The notes under the pieces: model-generated
Seen by the model: only the letters and a program-made list of their open reading frames with translations
The model's database searches: none
What the model was told of the DNA's origin: nothing
Translations under genes and position numbers: made by a program
In this document: positions 29,028-32,000 of the stretch, piece after piece
Layout of the letters: each line of letters starts with the position of its first letter
Position numbering within the stretch: position 1 is the stretch's first letter
Source of the DNA: Candidatus Thorarchaeota archaeon
GTDB taxonomy: Archaea > Asgardarchaeota > Heimdallarchaeia > Hodarchaeales > Hodarchaeaceae
Direction of reading: 5' to 3'
NCBI GenBank assembly: GCA_048882505.1
Contig: JBHLRO010000021.1
Location: 34,995-66,994 of the forward strand
DNA length: 32,000 nt

Positions 29028-29546
29028 TCAGCCCTTCGTGGCCGGTATTCTATCGAGATACCATTCTCCTATCTTATATAGGATTTCATTCATCTGTTCA
29101 ACATTTATTAGATCAAATTCGTAATAATTCATTCCCAATCGCTCTGCTAGGTTTACTCCTTCCTCTTTTGTAACGACCTCAGGCTCTTCATTGATTGCGA
29201 TTAGTGCAAAGTTATCTTTCGAAAAAAGCCTGATAGGCTTTCCATTATGTTTCTTGAATCTTTCAAACCACCGTGGAACATCACGAAATGAGTCTCTGTC
29301 GTTTTTTTTATAGAAGACGAGAAAACCTACCCTCCCATAAAAGTATACTGTTCTAACTGTCCGAGGGGAACCAGCCAGATCCCAAATTTGGAACAGAATT
29401 GATCTGTCTCTAACATTCATCTTCCTGTCGACGATTTCTGCGCCAATCGTCATCATATAATTACTGCTAAACCCTTTCGGTAGGTACCTCTTACGAACCT
29501 CACTGGATCCAGCACCCGCTAAACCAACTGTTACTAAGAAACCCAT
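29028..29546 (-). CDS. Rab/Ras-like small GTPase homologue with degenerate nucleotide-binding motifs
   Basis: YMMTIGAEI (G2), FQIWDLAG (G3), DRDSFRDVPRWF and EEGVNLAERLGMNYYE are Rab-like. G1 reads GLAGAGSS; there is no NKxD and no SAK. Confidence 0.85.
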   Translation of the reverse strand: MGFLVTVGLAGAGSSEVRKRYLPKGFSSNYMMTIGAEIVDRKMNVRDRSILFQIWDLAGSPRTVRTVYFYGRVGFLVFYKKNDRDSFRDVPRWFERFKKHNGKPIRLFSKDNFALIAINEEPEVVTKEEGVNLAERLGMNYYEFDLINVEQMNEILYKIGEWYLDRIPATKG

Positions 29547-29696
29547 GTCGGAAATGGCGGAGGTTTATTCCTATTTAAATATTTGTAGGTAGAAAGCTCT
29601 AATCACTCCGCGATTTACGATGGAGTCAGTTGTTTTGGGAGGATAACCCGTTCCGAAGCTTTCGATACCCTAGTCAACGCACGAACCTCTTCAACT

Positions 29697-31001
29697 TCAG
29701 GTTCCAATGGCTTTTGATATGATTTCCTTTTCCCTTAATTTAAAATTTCGTGATCTCCGTTTAATGCCATCGATAATCAGGAATAAACCAACTGTTACAA
29801 GAATTAGACCCGTAATGATTCCGCCGTAATAAAAGGATGGTGGGAGCGAAGGAACAAGGATTGGGAAGAAGAAGAACAGGGTCAAGATTATGCATCCGTA
29901 GAACAAGCTTACCATCCCAAGTCCCGCTTCTATCAGGTACAAGATGTAGGTTTTGAAGCTAGCTCTACCTGATTCTTTTCTAATTATACGTATCTCATTA
30001 TATAGGGGATTATAGTTCAAGATGGCTTGCTCATAATTTTTCTGTAAAAAGGCGACAACGGAGTCCTTGGTTCTATCCAGAACTTGTTCTCCCAAAACAT
30101 GAAACGTGACATCATTTAATACCTCATAATCATCTCTAGCTATGTATAAGGACATTTCCCTGTCTGTGTGATTTATAGTGATTGCGGTAAGCCTTTGTTT
30201 TCTGTAAACACGGAAAAGAAGACGGTATAAAAACCGAATATCTAGAAGAACGAATGGAGGATTCATAAGAACTCTCGGATAGAGAGTAGCTATCCTTTCA
30301 TTGATATCCCAACCAATAATCTCCCCCTTTTTGGCAAGAAATTTTGCATAGTTCTCCATGCTTGATTTAAATTCCATTGGAGTTGATACGAAGTTGTTAA
30401 TTTCAGATAAATCTGAAAAAAACGGTCTGGGAGTATATCCATCTCTATATTCCATTATATGCATAGCCCGCTGACTAAGGAGTGTAGTAATATAATCTTC
30501 GAGGTTGTTTCTCCAGAACAAGGGCTTTTGTATGACCAATAACGAAAGAATGACGATTGACAAAGGTCCAAATACTATATATAGACCTACGGGTAAAATA
30601 ATCCAATTTGGGAAAGTTCGGGCGAATGTTGGAGCAATAGCAAGAATGTGATAGAACATATAGCAAAGTGGTAAGGCCAAAAACTGCATGTACATAACCA
30701 CCTGGATGTAGTAATCCCGGCATCTCGTACGAAATGCAATTAGAGAACTTATTCCAAAATATGGAAAAACAAGTATGACAACCAAACCAAACAATATTAC
30801 GTAAATGACAATCAATTTCGCGATGTAGGTTCCTGTGACAAGATCCAAAAGGAAATAGAGCGCGATGAACGCTGGAACTAAAATCACCATAAGGAAGATC
30901 GTATTCTTGAATATTTGATTACGCTTCTTGGTGAACGCTAGAGAAATCTGTTCATGCAGTTTATCTATAGATTTTTTGTCAAGTTTGCTTTGGTTTACCA
31001 T
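29697..31001 (-). CDS. Hypothetical membrane protein (4 N-terminal TM, soluble middle, 2 C-terminal TM)
   Basis: Long ORF with clear hydrophobic blocks. ATG 31001 lies 20 nt after the regulator stop. Confidence 0.75.
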   Translation of the reverse strand: MVNQSKLDKKSIDKLHEQISLAFTKKRNQIFKNTIFLMVILVPAFIALYFLLDLVTGTYIAKLIVIYVILFGLVVILVFPYFGISSLIAFRTRCRDYYIQVVMYMQFLALPLCYMFYHILAIAPTFARTFPNWIILPVGLYIVFGPLSIVILSLLVIQKPLFWRNNLEDYITTLLSQRAMHIMEYRDGYTPRPFFSDLSEINNFVSTPMEFKSSMENYAKFLAKKGEIIGWDINERIATLYPRVLMNPPFVLLDIRFLYRLLFRVYRKQRLTAITINHTDREMSLYIARDDYEVLNDVTFHVLGEQVLDRTKDSVVAFLQKNYEQAILNYNPLYNEIRIIRKESGRASFKTYILYLIEAGLGMVSLFYGCIILTLFFFFPILVPSLPPSFYYGGIITGLILVTVGLFLIIDGIKRRSRNFKLREKEIISKAIGT

Positions 31002-31020
31002 ATACGGCCCGCCGTTACCA

Positions 31021-31665
31021 TTATTCAGTATTTTTCGGATCTGGAACAACTTGCTTAATGATTTCCAATTCTATCATCTTTTGTAAAAATACGTAGGCTT
31101 TTTTGATGGTATAATGCTCATTAATTCCCGCTTCTTGGCAGATATCTAAAAAGGGTCTAGCTTGCATCGTTGGATGAGGCAAATATTTCATAAAATCTCC
31201 TTCCAGCTCTGATAGCTCTACACGCTGGCGAATCAATCTACGGGCCCGTGTTCGCCTACGATAAGTGATTTTTTGAATACGTCCATCTTCCGTTAATTCA
31301 TAATCAGTATCGATAGGTAACCTTGAGGATTCTCTGATGACTGGATTAGGAAGGTGTTTTTCTGCTTGTATATCATTTGAAAGATATTGTAGGTCCAATT
31401 TTACAAAGAATTCATTTTTTGCCAGAGTATAGTATGTAGGTCTTCCCGGTTTATCCGTATAGACTTTTTTTTTGACAAACTGGTTATTATACAATGCCTC
31501 TAGTATTTTTTTTGCAGTACTCTTATGGATGTCAACTAATTGTGAAATGTCCGAGGCACATGCTTTTTTATTTTCCTGTTGCTCAAGACATACCAGGATT
31601 TTCAATGTATTTTCACTGGAAAAAAGTTCCTGAAATTCTTGTAAGTTGGGAGTCCAAGTGTTCAA
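31021..31665 (-). CDS. Winged-helix (ArsR-like) transcriptional regulator with C-terminal domain
   Basis: LFSSENTLKILVCL...ASDISQLVDIHKSTAKKILEALY...GRPTYYTL. Confidence 0.82.
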   Translation of the reverse strand: MNTWTPNLQEFQELFSSENTLKILVCLEQQENKKACASDISQLVDIHKSTAKKILEALYNNQFVKKKVYTDKPGRPTYYTLAKNEFFVKLDLQYLSNDIQAEKHLPNPVIRESSRLPIDTDYELTEDGRIQKITYRRRTRARRLIRQRVELSELEGDFMKYLPHPTMQARPFLDICQEAGINEHYTIKKAYVFLQKMIELEIIKQVVPDPKNTE

Positions 31666-31683
31666 GACATAGTCACACTAAGG

Positions 31684-31706
31684 TTAGTCTATTTTGAATA
31701 GACTAA
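31684..31706. promoter_or_regulatory. Perfect palindrome TTAGTCTATT-ttg-AATAGACTAA, candidate operator
   Basis: 10-bp arms with a 3-nt spacer, 18 nt upstream of the regulator's start codon. Confidence 0.6.
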
Positions 31707-32000
31707 GATTAAAGAGGCTTTTAAGGTTTTTGATGAAAGATAAATCTTTTCTATGACAATGGATCCAATTTTCTTTTTATCCATTTCTGAAAAATTGTAA
31801 ATGGAGAGCCTTTGTCCTTTATGTTATCCCAAATTATTACTAAAAGAACTTAAATATTGGATAAAAGGATTTTTGAACATCTTATGAGAAATGGTGGATG
31901 AGGTAGCCAATCATGGAAAATCCATAGAGATTAGGTCGAAAGTTCTAGTACCATTTTTCCCCCTTCCATAGTATTATAAACTAGAAATAATTTCCTATAA

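Noticed and set aside
28726-29173. Short + strand ORFs 28726-28965 and 28949-29173
   Set aside because: They overlap real minus-strand genes and lack motifs; likely shadow ORFs.
1-32000. CRISPR arrays, IS elements, integrases, inteins, rRNA and tRNA
   Set aside because: No regularly spaced repeats, transposase or integrase motifs, intein-sized insertions in IleRS or Lhr, or RNA gene signatures were seen on reading. A tRNAscan/Infernal run would be needed to be certain.

Overview
Gene-dense archaeal chromosomal segment, about 40% GC by eye. It is most likely from an Asgard archaeon (Heimdallarchaeia-like). This assignment is an inference from the co-occurrence of a Roadblock/LC7 protein, a Rab-like small GTPase, an LRR protein, a PGF-type anchored surface protein, an archaeal Lhr and archaeal GGTGA ribosome-binding sites. 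Housekeeping and metabolic genes: ileS, inositol monophosphatase family protein, three-gene ABC-2 exporter, nucleotidyltransferase, PPOX-class F420 enzyme, metallophosphoesterase plus Lhr helicase, sirtuin, S9 peptidase, UroD-family protein plus TIM-barrel protein, and an MFS transporter. These are mixed with unexplained accessory genes. I found no rRNA, tRNA, CRISPR array or transposase. Most notable oddities: (i) a Rab-like protein that has lost its G1 lysine, G4 and G5 motifs; (ii) a multi-TM protein ending in an orphan HisKA/DHp domain with no kinase domain; (iii) a multi-TM protein ending in an AbrB-like domain, preceded by two unannotated convergent overlapping micro-ORFs; (iv) a phage-type macrodomain-like two-gene islet; (v) a tandemly duplicated surface protein with Ca-binding-type loops; (vi) an HdrA-like relic overlapping the ileS stop codon. 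All family calls come from motifs read by eye; no searches were run.
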